The position numbers and the translations under genes are program-made. Under the pieces are notes generated by a model. That model was not told the origin of the DNA and did not search any database. It saw only the letters and a list, made by a program, of their open reading frames with translations. A DNA stretch of 64,000 bases from Macrostomum lignano. Lineage: Eukaryota. Below, in pieces: positions 11,632 through 24,400 of the stretch; positions within the stretch are counted from its first letter, which is position 1, and every line of letters begins with the position of its first letter. The stretch spans positions 182,414 to 246,413 of the forward strand of contig NIVC01000881.1 in NCBI GenBank assembly GCA_002269645.1. Direction: 5' to 3'.

Positions 11632-12400
11632 ATGATGTAAAAAACAAGTTAAAAAAAGTTACGATCCCAGTAAAAATGTGCTTTGAAAACATAGAATGAT
11701 CAAACTGATGCCGCCAAGATTAAATTGAACTCCGCTATGCCAGCGAGTGTCGACCATAGACCGAAAATTTTTAGTCTCGCAAGCCTGATTTCCGTATCTA
11801 TGATTAAATTGAAAGCTTGCAGTACCAACTAGGCCGCAAAAAGGAAAATCAAGCAAAATGCATTTATGAATACAAGTATCTAGATAGGAAGATACATATA
11901 CCAAGGACCACTAGAAGTTACCTTGGTAACTTCTAGTGGTCCTTGACATATACATGTAATGAAGATTAAAATCGGTTTAATAATGGAAAGAGAAGTTAAC
12001 GTTTACAAGTACAGTTTTCTTTTCGTGTTTTTTCTTGATCACAGTTTCTTTTACAATTGAGTTGTAAACTTGGGTTGTTGCATTGTTAAAATTAGAGCAT
12101 ATCGAGATCTGAATTGCCGAGTTCATTTTGTTTTTCGTGAATTAGTGACATTCTTACTTCGAGGTAGATAAAAATTATTGGAAACAAAAAGTCTCATTGA
12201 AAAGTAGGAATTTGAAGTATTATATTATTAGTATCCAGGCCTTAGTGTCACTTCGTTTTAACCGTTCTCGTTGATAACGAGTGTGAACAGCCCATAGCAA
12301 CGGGAGCTACGCTTATGGTGCAATTTCAAATGCGTTTCTGATACAGCATTTTTTAACTTCGCTACTGCGTCAGATCGTTGAACACGGTGCAGTGCTAAAG

Positions 12401-15400
12401 ATGACAGAAATTTTATGTGACTGGCTCAACAAGAGCCTAGAAGTCTCTATTCCTATCAGTAAGTGACAAGCTGCTCTTACGAGCGTATTTTAGAAATCTT
12501 AAAATTTTTGTACAAGCAACGGAAAAAATAGTAAAAAGGTCTTAATGTTTCACATTTTTAATTCATTGTAGCAATTTTTAGGCTCATCAGACATAGCCAC
12601 TTTAAACATAACTTCCTGAATAGATTTGTCTTATTTTGTCATGGGTGTTGCCTTTCTTTCATCATTGTAATTTATACAAACAGTCTAAAGAATTTCAAAA
12701 TAAAATATGGTTACAAATATTTTAGCATTGATTATTCGATTTAACAGTTAAATGTGAAAGAATCCTTTAGGATTTGGTACAATTACGAACTAAAATATTA
12801 TGCAAATAGTCGTATACTTAAAAAAATTCGAAAAAGAGAAGGCATACCAAGTAGAACTTCTCTCTCAGATTAGTATTAAGACTTTATTTAATAGATATTC
12901 TTTGCTTTAACAGTTTTATAAAATAAAAATAATTATAAAATATGTATTATCATTTTTTATAATTAAATAAATGTAAGAGCCTATAAAAATAACAAAATAG
13001 TAGCAATATAGCATAGTTTGTAAATATATGGTTTAACTCATTGTATAAATTTACTAAAAAGACAAATATTATTTAACTTTTTCCCATACCATTCTACACT
13101 TGCCCAGATCCAGAGAATTTCGAAAAGGAATTCGCCAACGGCTATCTGATCGGAGAGGTGCTGCATAAATACGAGCTCCAGGATGACTTTGAACGATTCT
13201 CCAAGTCCAAGTGAGAATTTGATTTAAATCTGAATTGACATCTTCATGTACTCAGAAATTGCCTCTACGAGCGTCTGAATAGTATGAAAACAACTTAGTT
13301 TAAATCTATCAAAGCGAACATCACGATATTATTTTTTAGATTCTTCCAAAATGTACTAAATTATGTACGAGCTAGGTCTAAATAGCAGAACAGAGTCATC
13401 TATTTGCATTTAAACAGCATCGAACACGAAACAATTAAATATACTACTTCAAGTAGTTAAATCTGACATTCAAAAGTCGCAAAACAGAAAACTGAAAATT
13501 TCACACTGTGCTGCAACAAAATCCGTCCAAACTTCGCAGGGTGTCCGAGTCAAAAATCAATAATTTCACCCGAATCGAGCCCGTGCTGCATCTGCTCGGA
13601 GTGCCCTTCGACACCAGCACCGCCCGAGACATCATGACCGAGGAACCGGGCACCGCCACCCGCCTCATGTACCAGATCTTCATCGCGCTGGAGAACAAGA
13701 AGAAGGCCAACCTGACCGGCGTTGCCATGGAGACCATGCGGCCGGCTGCGCCTGCCAAGCTGCAGAGCATGGAGTCGCTGATTTACCGGCAGCGGCTCAA
13801 GCAGGTGACCCCGAGGCAGACCGACCTCAACCTGCAGGAGCTCATCGACAGGTTCCATCAGCATCAGGTGAGGCGCCTCTCTTCTTCACTACCTTCCTAT
13901 CAAGAACAACTTCAGTGGAAGGCTGGGAAAGTTCATTTCTTTGAAAATCTTTGAAAACCTTCTGAGAAGTTTCACCTGTCCGTCTCTAAACAGGTGCGGC
14001 TGGAGGAGCGCGCGCTCAAAGGTCGAATCGAGAGCGCCGAGGCGCACAGGAGGGACAACCAGGACAGGCGGCAGAAGCAGCTCGACCGCAGCAAGCAGGT
14101 GCAGCTCATGCAGGCCGAGCAGATGGCCAAAATTCAGTGAGTCAGGCCAGCCCCTCAGACTCACTAAGGTCTCGTACATGTTGCTACAAGTCGAAAGAAA
14201 GAGAAAAGAGAAACCTCCTGAAGACAAGCTCACAAGCAGAATCTCATTGGTACATAAATAATACATTCACTCAAAGACACCTTACTTAGAGACCCACACA
14301 AGGACACCCCGCAAAGACACCAGGCAGAAGCTACAAGGAAGACACCCCGCAAAGACGCCCCGCAAGGACACCCCGCAAGGACACCAGGTAGAAGCTACAA
14401 GGAGGACACCCCGTAAAGACACCCCGCAAAGACACCCCGTAAAGACACCCCGCAAAGACATCCCACAGGCACCCCGTAAAGACACCCCGCAAAGACACCC
14501 CGCAAAGACACCCCGCAAAGACATCCCGCAAAGATACCCCGCAAAGACACCCCGCAAAGACACCCCACAGACACCCCGCAAAGACATCCCGCAAAGACAC
14601 CCCACAAAGACACCCCGCAAAGACATCCCGCAAAGACACCCCGCAAAGACACCCCACAGACACCCCACAAAGACACCCCGCAAAGAAAACCCATAAACTC
14701 CCGCCCCGCCGTCCCCGCCCGCAGAGCGGCCATCGTGCACATCCCGAAGCCGCCGCCGAACCGCACCGCGGCGGCCATGGATCACCGCCGGCAGCAGCGC
14801 CGTCGGCAGGAGGCCGCCGCCGCCATGCAGGCCCTGGATGGCTTCGAAGAGCGCCTGAGCCGCACCCTGCAGCCGACGGGTGACTCCGGCGCGGCCGGTC
14901 CCGACCGTCCGGACTCCTCGGCCAGCGGCACCAGCGAGGATTTCGAGCAGCCGACAGGGCAGCAGCGAGGAGCGGCGACGCTGCAGCCGCTGCAACAGGC
15001 GGCCACCAGCGACCCCACCGACTACATCAAGCCCGCCTCCAACGACGCGTACATCGCCAAAATACGGCGCCGCCTAGCCGAGGACGCCGAGGCGCGGGCG
15101 GCGCGCGAACGGCGCCGACGAAAAGTTTTGGTGGACTGCCTTCGGGCTCACGAGCAGCAGGAGGAGCTTCAGCGGGAGGCCAGCCTTGCCGGCAAGCTGA
15201 TGCGCCAGTCGCAGCTCGAGCGCCGTATCGCCGTCCAGCTGCTGCAGGCGCGCCGCGAGAAAGACGTCCTAAAGCGGAACCGGCGCGAGCGGAGCGCCAG
15301 TATCAGGAGCGGCGCGAGGCCGAATTTCAGGAAGCGCTCGACAGAGAGAAAGCCCTGGCTGAGAGGGCGCGGGCCGAGTACGAGGTGAGGGTTCCGTCTC

Positions 15401-18400
15401 ACCCGCCTCTCGTGTGTCTCACCCGCCTCTCGTGTGTCTCACCCGCCTCTCGTGTGTCTCACCCGCCTCTCGTGTGTCTCACCCGCCTCTCGTGTGTCTC
15501 ACCCGCCTCTGGTGTGTCTCACCCGCCTCTCGTGTGTCTCACCCGCCTCTCGTGTGTCTCACCCGCCTCTCGTGTGTCTCACCCGCCTCTCGTGTGTCTC
15601 ACCCGCCTCTCGTGTGTCTCACCCGCCTCTCGTGTGTCTCACCCTGCCTCCCCTGTGTCTCCCTGTCTCCCCTGTGTCTCCCTGCCTCCCCTGTGTCTCC
15701 CCGCCTCCCCTTTGTCTCCCTGCCTCCCCTTTGTCTCCCTGCCTCCCCTGTGTCTCCCTGCCTCCCCTGTATCTCCCTGACTCCCCTGTGTCTCCCTGCC
15801 TCCCCTGTATCTCCCTGACTCCCCTGTGTCTCCCTGTCTCCCCTGTGTCTCCCTGCCTCCCCTGTGTCTCCCCGCCTCCCCTTTGTCTCCCTGCCTCCCC
15901 TTTGTCTCCCTGCCTCCCCTGTGTCTCCCTGCCTCCCCTGTATCTCCCTGACTCCCCTGTGTCTCCCTGCCTCCCCTGTGTCTCCCTGACTCCCCTGTGT
16001 CTCCCTGCCTCCCCTGTATCTCCCTGACTCCCCTGTGTCTCCCTGCCTCCCCTGTGTCTCCCTGACTCCCCTGTGTCTCCCTGCCTCCCCTGTATCTCCC
16101 TGACTCCCCTGTGTCTCCCTGCCTCCCCTGTGTCTCCCTGACTCCCCTGTGTCTCCCTGTCTCCCCTGTGTCTCCCTGCCTCCCCTGTGTCTCCCCGCCT
16201 CCCCTTTGTCTCCCTGCCTCCCCTTTGTCTCCCTGCCTCCCCTGTGTCTCCCTGCCTCCCCTGTATCTCCCTGACTCCCCTGTGTCTCCCTGCCTCCCCT
16301 GTGTCTCCCTGCCTCCCCTGTGTCTCCCTGCCTCCCCTGTGTCTCCCCGCCTCCCCTTTGTCTCCCTGCCTCCCCTGTGTCTCCCTGCCTCCCCTGTGTC
16401 TCCCTGCCTCCCCTGTATCTCCCTGCCTCCCCTGTATCTCCCTGCCTCCCCTGTGTCTCCCTGCCTCCCCTGTGTCTCCCTGCCTCCCCTGTGTCTCCCT
16501 GACTCCCCTGTATCTCCCTGCCTCCCCTGTATCTCCCTGCCTCCCCTGTGTCTCCCTGCCTCCCCTGTGTCTCCCTGACTCCCCTTTGTCTCCCTGCCTC
16601 CCCTGTGTCTCCCTGCCTCCCCTGTGTCTCCCTGACTCCCCTGTGTCTCCCTGCCTCCCCTGTGTCTCCCTGACTCCCCTGTGTCTCCCTGCCTCCCCTG
16701 TGTCTCCCTGCCTCCCCTGTGTCTCCCTGCCTCCCCTGTGTCTCCCCGCCTCCCCAGCTGCAGCTGGAATCTCCATCATTCCCGCCCGCAGGAGGAGTTC
16801 CAACAGGAGCGGCTACTTCGCGAGGAGGCGGCCAAACAGCGCCGCCAGCGGCAGTGGGAGCGCCGCTACGGCCACTGCTGGCTGGCTGTGTCCGACCTGG
16901 TGGACGTGGCCTGCCGGGTGGCCGAGCTGCGCGAACTTGAAGGCCCCGGCGGCCGGGTGCCGCACCGGAAGTACCGCGACCTCAAGGCCCTGTTCACCAG
17001 CGGCCAGCCGGTCTACCCGGTGGCCGGTGGGCCGGCGGCGCCGCAGGCGGCTTTGGCCATAGACGATCTGGAAGCGCCAGACGGAGCCGAGCCGATGGAA
17101 ACTGATGCCGATCCCAACCTGGTCCTTGAGGAGAAGGAAGCTGTGCAGGATGAAGCCGAGCTGTTGGAGTACAAGGAAATGCAGGGCGAGTGGCAGCCGC
17201 CCGAGGACTGCGAGATGCAGTCGGCGCCGGTGTCAAACCCGGTGGTCGGCTGGATCGTCGACCGGGTGCACGCCATCGCCAACCCGCCAACGGTGAGTTG
17301 CGTTGCTGAATAAAATGAATTGGGATGCTCCTAACTGGCTACTTTTAGTGATATCAATCTGCAGAATTTTCTGATCTTTCTCGCCCTGGATTTCAGCCGC
17401 CGCCGGAAGCGCCGCAGTTTCCGCCGTTCCCAGTGCGAGCGGCCATCTGCGGCAAGCTGTTCTCGGGCAAGTCCAGCGTCATCCGGCGCCTCATCGAGAG
17501 TGAGTGAAGCTGCGCTTTGCAGCCTGGCTGCTGGGTTGCTGTAGTGCGAGATTCCGGGTGGAATGAGACCCCAGATAGGGTGAGATTCCGTATAGGGTGA
17601 GATTCCGGATAGGGTGAGATTCCGGATAGGGTGAGATTCCGGATAGGGTGAGATTCCGGATAGGGTGAGATTCCGGATAGGGTGAGATTCCGGATAGGGT
17701 GAGATTCCAAATAGGGTGAGATTCCAGATAGGGTGATTACGGATAGGGTGAGATTTCGGATAAGGTGAGATTCCGGATAGGAAGAGATTCCGAGTGGAAT
17801 GAGGCCCCAGATAAGGTGAGATTCCAGATAGGGTGAGATTTCGGATTGGGTGAGATTTCGGATAGGGTGAGATTCCAGATAGGGTGAGATTTCGGATTGG
17901 GTGAGATTTCGGATTGGGTGAGATTTCGGATAGGGTGAGATTCCAGATAGGGTGAGATTTCGGATTGGGTGAGATTTCGGATAGGGTGAGATTTCGGATA
18001 GGGTGAGAACCTGGATAGGGTGAGAACCTGTATAGGGTGAGGTTTTGGATGGGGTAAGAACCTGGATAGGGTGAGATTTCGGATAGGGTGAGAACCTGGA
18101 TAGGGTGAGATTTCGGATAGGGTGAGATTTCGGATAGGGTGAGAACCTGGATAGGGTGAGATTTCGGATATGGTGAGAACCTGGATAGGGTGAGATTTCG
18201 GATAGGGTGAGATTTCGGATAGGGTGAGATTTCGGATAGGGTGAGATTTCGGATAGGGTGAGATTTCGGATAGGGTGAGATTTCGGATAGGGTGAGATTT
18301 CGGATAGGGTGAGATTTCGGATAGGGTGAGATTTCGGATAGGGTGAGATTTCGGATAGGGTGAGATTTCGGATAGGGTGAGATTTCGGATAGGGTGAGAT

Positions 18401-21400
18401 TTCGGATAGGGTGAGATTTCGGATAGGGTGAGATTTCGGATAGGGTGAGATTTCGGATAGGGTGAGATTTCGGATAGGGTGAGATTTCGGATAGGGTGAG
18501 ATTTCGGATAGGGTGAGATTTCGGATAGGGTGAGATTTCGGATAGGGTGAGATTTCGGATAGGGTGAGATTTCGGATAGGGTGAGATTTCGGATAGGGTG
18601 AGAACCTGGATAGGGTGAGATTTCGGATAGGGTAAGATTTCGGATAGGACGAGATTTTGAATAGGAAGAGGTTCCGGGTAAGGTGAGACTCTGGGTGGAT
18701 AGGTTGAGATTTCGGACAAGATAAGATTTATAAACCTGTTGCTAAGATAGAGCTGAGATAGAGTTGAGATAGGGCTGAGATAGAGCTGAGATAGAGCTGA
18801 GATAGAGCTGAGATAGAGCTGAGATAGAGCTGAGATAGAGCTGAGATAGAGCTGAGGTAAAGTTGCGCTACATGAGCTAATCCAGAAACCGGTGCACCCC
18901 GCAGACAATCGCTGCGTGTCGTTCGACGTGAACACCCTGGTCGAGGAGGCCATGGACGCCTTCAAGCTGAACGAGCTCGAGCCGCTGCCGACGCCGCCGC
19001 CGACACCGCCGCCTGAGCCTGAGCCCGAGGAGAAGCCGGCCGAGGCTTCGGCCACCACAGTGGGGGAGTCAGGCTCGGCTGTTCAGCTTGCGTCGACCTC
19101 CGGGGCGGCGATGGCGACCGGCGCTGCCGCTGCGACGTCGCAAACAACTCTTACAGCCGAGTCGTCGGCCACGGCGGGCGCTGAGGACGGCGCCACCACA
19201 CCGCAGTCGCAGCAGCCACCGCCGCCACCGCCAGAGCCACCGAAGCCGCAGCTGACACGGAGGGCGAAAATTGGCGAGAAGCTGACGGCGCTGCTACGCC
19301 GAGGAAAGTCAGTCACCGACGAGCTGCTGGTTGAACTGCTGGTGAGGGAAATTGGTATTAAATTTTAAGCATACGCCTTCTATATAGCTGCAAAAATCGA
19401 TGCAATACAGTTAGCAGACTCTTTTAATGTACATCAGTATTAGCTTAAAATCGGTAGGAGGGGTGTGTCTATAATGAAGGCAAATGTTCATTCCAAACAT
19501 GGATATATTTGTGAAAAAGAGAGAGGGGACAGTACATATGCCGATCTATAAATAGCTCGTAGAATCAATGTACACGCAAATAAGATGAGTGCGTGTATCG
19601 ATCTATAAATAGAATCAATGTACACGCAAATAAGATGAGTGCGTGTGTCGATCTATAAATAGAATCAATGCACACGCAAATAAGATGAGTGCGTGTGTCG
19701 ATCTATAAATAGAATCAATGTACACGCAAATAAGATGAGTGCGTGTGTCGATCTATAAATAAAATCAATGTACACGCAAATAAGATGAGTGCGCGTGTCG
19801 ATCTATAAATAGAATCAGCGTACACGTGGGTAGGTTCTGTGCACGTGACACCTTAACCCATCAGATCGAGGCCATCCACCGCGTCCCAGCCGGCACCGGG
19901 TGGATTCTGGACGGATTCCCCGGCAACTATGCCCAGGCGAAGCTGTTTGAGAAGGCTCTGACGGGCTTCGAGGAGCCTACCAAGGCTGGGTCGCGAAAGA
20001 AGAAGGCCGGAAGTCTGGCGACAAATCCGAAGCCGGCCCCGGCGGCGCCAGAGCCAGCCAGCGGATTGGATCTTGTTATCGATTTCTCCGTCGACGACGC
20101 CTGGTGCCTGAAGCGAGCGCTGGGTCGAGTCGAGCAGCCGGGAACGGGCAAGGAGTTCCACCTGGAGACAAAGCAGCCGCCCGAAGGCAGTGCCACGGGT
20201 GTGCAGGGCGAGGAGAAGGTGCAGCCAGTCAAGGACCCGGCCTACGATCTTGATCAGGTATTTTTGGGTTCTTTGCGTGTAGTTTAGATTGATGGTAATT
20301 TTTTGCCTCTTTTTCTTGATGGTCTCTCAGTCCCAACCTCTGAAGCGTCCACGACTGTCTTTAACACCGATCCTCCGCCAGGTGCAAAAGCGGCTCAGCG
20401 CGTACGCTGAGTCGTGGCCGAAGCTGGAGAAGTTCTACCAACGCTTCGGCAACGTCGTCCGAGTCGACGCCTCGCTGGAGCCCGAGGCGCTCTACCTGGA
20501 GACCGAGCGCCTGCTGGACGAATTCGTCGCTCGCCGTTTGGAAGCGGAGCGCCTCGAGGAAGAGCGCAAAGAGGCAGAGGCACGCGCCGCGGCCGAGGTG
20601 CTGCTGGCGGAGCAGCGTCGCCTGGAGGAGGAGGCGGCGGCTGCCGCGGCTGCTGAAGCAGCCGAAGAAGCCGCCCGGGCGTCCAAAGCGGCGTCGGAGG
20701 CGGAGGCAGCCGCAGTCGCGGCGGCGGCGGCTGGTTCGCGACCGGCCTCGGGCAAGCGCAAAGGCAAGGCGAGCCCCGGCCGGTCCAAGTCGAAGGACAA
20801 AGCCGGCGGCAGCCGGCGCAGCAGCCGGGCGAGCAGCGCGGACAAGAAGGGTGGCGCGCAGGGGAAGGCCAAGAAAGGCTCGCGTGGCGGCTCGCCAAAG
20901 GCGTCGAAGGCGACGGCAGCCTCAGACGAGAAGGCGACGATGAAACCGGCCGACAGTGTTGCTCCTGAGGCTTCTGGCGATAGCGCGGGTGAAGCCGCCC
21001 CGGAGCAGCCGCCACCACCGCCGCCGAAGCCGTGTGACCCCGAGTGGGAGTTCGTCGACCTGGCTATCCCAGAGGAGCTGGCGAAGGCGCTGTCGCCTCT
21101 GTGGGACGCCATCGAGGACGGCTACGTGTCCACCGCCAAGTCCGTGTTCCGACGACTCCGCCTGGTCAAAGACTCTGCCGTAGTGTACTTTTATCAAGTT
21201 CGGCGAGACTTTCTTGAGTATCTGCAGCGGCCGGACAATCACCAGGTGCTGCTGACCGCCTTCCAGAAGGATTTCAATGAGATACCGCAGGACCTGCGTT
21301 ACGACGAGGAAGTGGTCGCCGACCTGCACCAGCGGCTGGAGGAGCTGCGTGAGCGCCTGGTTGACATCACGGATAAGCGCAAGGAGCAGGCCGAGGCCAA

Positions 21401-24400
21401 GAAGGAGGCCATCGAGCAGTGCGGTTGGGTGGAGGACCGACTTGGCCTGCTGACCAACCTGTACATCGAGCTGTTGCAGGGCGAGATGGACCGCTTCCAG
21501 GACACGGTGAAGTTTATGAAGGACTACTACAAAGGCATGGACACGCCAATCCCGGAGCCGTACAAGCCGGACTTCCTGCGGCTGCCCATCGTCGAACTGC
21601 CGTACGAGCGCGACGCGGCCAGGTCCGGCGACGGCTCGTCCCGAGGCTCGTCGCGCCACCAGTCGCCGGCCAAAGCGGCCAGTCCGGTGGCTAAGAAAGC
21701 AGGCGGTGGCGGCAAGAACAAAGAGCCGGTGGACGAGGCCAGGGAGCTCACGGATGAGGAGATCGAGGCCATGTTTAGGACCAAGTAAGAGTTTACTTGT
21801 TCGGGTATGACAGGGACCAGTTTATAGCAGTTTAAGACGTCGCTGCACTCTCCAATAGTGTGAAGGAGTCTCAAGAAACTTGGTGTGCCTCATCACTTCC
21901 AATCCGGTCCCTGGTGTGAGCTGCCACCACTCCTCCCTCTCAGTCCCTGGTGTGAGCTGCCACCACTCCTCCCTCTCAGTCCCTGGTGTGAGCTGCTACC
22001 ACTCATCCCTCTCAGTCCCTGGTGTGAGCTGCCACCACTCCCCCCTCTCAGTCCTTAGTGTGAGCTGTCACCACTCCCCCAGTCCCTGGTGTGAGCTGCC
22101 ACTACTTCTTTCCTCCAAGTCCCCGGAGTGAGCTGCACTAATACAAACTAACGCGTTGAAATTCGCGCTCGCTACTAACAGAAATCAGCATCAATAAAAC
22201 TGATTGTCAAACGTGTGTAAAAGACAGTCAAAAAGCCCAACCACAAACTACTAATTCTCGGCGGGATGCTCCTGCAGAATCACATTTTTCGTAGCGCCAA
22301 TGGAGCCCGAAGACTCCGATCTCGAGCACGAAATTAATGTCGAATGCGTTGTCCCCAACGGCGACGAGATCGCCAAAGCAACACCATCGGCTGAGGCGCA
22401 GCGCCAGCGGCCTCAGCAGCTTGGCGGCAGTCTTATTACTAATCGCAGCAGCAGCAGCCTGAGTGGCACCTCCTCGGACCTCGCCAGCTGGCGGGAGGCC
22501 ACGCTGCGCACCGCCGCCTCCGTCACTGCCGAGCTGCTCCGGCGTCGGCCGTCGGCCACGTCGCTGGCCGATGCATTGAAGTCGGCGGCCGCCGCTGCTG
22601 GCGGATGGCGCGCACCACCCAGGGGGCCGGCGGGCCGACGGCGGCAGAAGCGGCAGCAACAACAGCAGCAGCAGACGGCTTCTGTAGCATCTGGGACAGG
22701 TGGCAGTCTCAGCCTGAGCTTGGAGGCTTCCAAATCTTCCAGCAGGTTGTCAAGCAGATCTCGGATGCATCTGCATTTCCTTCTACCAGCGGGCTCTGCG
22801 ACAGGCACCAGTCATTTACTCGTAACATGGGCACCAACCTTTATACTCCGCTAAGTCAGTTCGTTAACTCCCTCCACCTCCCTTATGTAGCTTCCTGATT
22901 TTCCTGAATGTTTTGTTAACGTGATTATTAGCTCTTTGATTTCTATTTTTCGTTGAAAAACTTAGCCGAAACCAATGACGAGCATGCCTAGATTAGTCAT
23001 TCCGTAAATTGCATTGCATATTCCCTGTCAGTAGTGAGTTGCAAACATAGAGCAATTCACGCAACAGGAATTTTTATTGCTTTTTATTTTTATTGAAGTT
23101 TTTCAAGACTACATGCACAAGCTTAAACATCTTCTACCCCGTTTCGCACCGCACCAGGATCCCAGTGCTTGGCCAGGCGCCCACCCTAGCCGAGTTCAAG
23201 GAGGCCCTGCAGGCGCAGTTCAAAGTCGGCAAAGAGAAAGGCGCCGGCGGCGGCGGAGGCGGAGGCGGCGGCGGCAAGAAGGACAAAAAGGCCGAGCGGC
23301 TGGAGACGCCGGCGGCGCCCTCGGACCCAGACGCGCGAATTGTCTTCGATGCTTTTTGGGCGGGCGTCAGCCAGATAGCGTTCTTTGTCAGCCAGGAGCT
23401 CGCGGCTAAGGAGGCCGAGGAGGAGGCCGAGCGGCAGCGGCTTCTCGAGAAGGAGCGCGAACGCGAGAAGGCGGTGAAAGAGGCCGCCAAAGGCGGCGGC
23501 AAGAAGGGCGGCGGCGGCAAAAAAGGCGGCAAGAGCCGATCGCCCAGTCCGAAGAAGGGCGCCAAAAAGGACGGCGGCAAGGCGGCGCCGGCGCCGGCTG
23601 GAGAGGTGGAGGCGGCGACGCCGGACCCAGCCGCGGAGCCGCTAGAAACTGAGGAAGAGCGGGCCCGCAGACTGACGAAGGAGCGGATGCGAGAAGAGTA
23701 CTTTTACTCGCTGGAGCACGAGGCCAGGGCGGCGCGAGCCCGCATGGAGTTGTGCGTCGCTGTGGCTGCCCGTGTCCTTCAGGACCTGAAGCAGAAACAA
23801 GAGCTAGCCAGCAAGGATCTGGCTGACTGGATCGGGGCCCGGCTGCTGCGCGAGAGCGAGCTTATTGATCAGGCTTGCGAGCTGATCAGGCACGCCATCG
23901 AGTCGCGGGGACCCATTGTGGAACGCCTGGAGCTGTCAGCCAGCGACTTCCTGCTCAATTCGGTGAGGGGGGTGAATTCTCTACTTGCTTCCTAACTCAT
24001 AAGTCATAATCTAATGGGAGCAGATGTAATTGTAAATAACTGTAAAAAATCAGGATAATTTCTATCCAAAACTTCACTGCAGCTCGTAAAAGGTTTAGAA
24101 TTTAGATCAACTGGCGACTGGCGTGACTTCAAAGTTGTCTTCGCTTTTTAGCTATCCGCGGAGCACTGGTAGTTTCTCTATCAGATTGACTGGATCAGGT
24201 CAGGATCCGACTGCCCAGACAGTGCCCATTTTGACAGTCACAAATGGATGCCGAGGGCCGACCGACCCAAACCCAAACCCAAATCCTAAACCGATATGGT
24301 CGGCACTCGGCATCGGCAGTCAAATTGTGGGGGGGTAGTAAAATAAAATGTTGGGCTCTATTATCGGTTTGCTAAGTTTAAGTGAATAAATTAGGTCAAT

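Noticed and set aside
15385-19058. Collagen-like (GRQGDTGEAG) and YPKSHPIRN repeat ORFs
   Set aside because: 19/20-bp and 17-bp arrays bounded by SPEF2 splice sites; the peptide period equals the nucleotide unit length, as expected for frame-cycling non-coding repeats.
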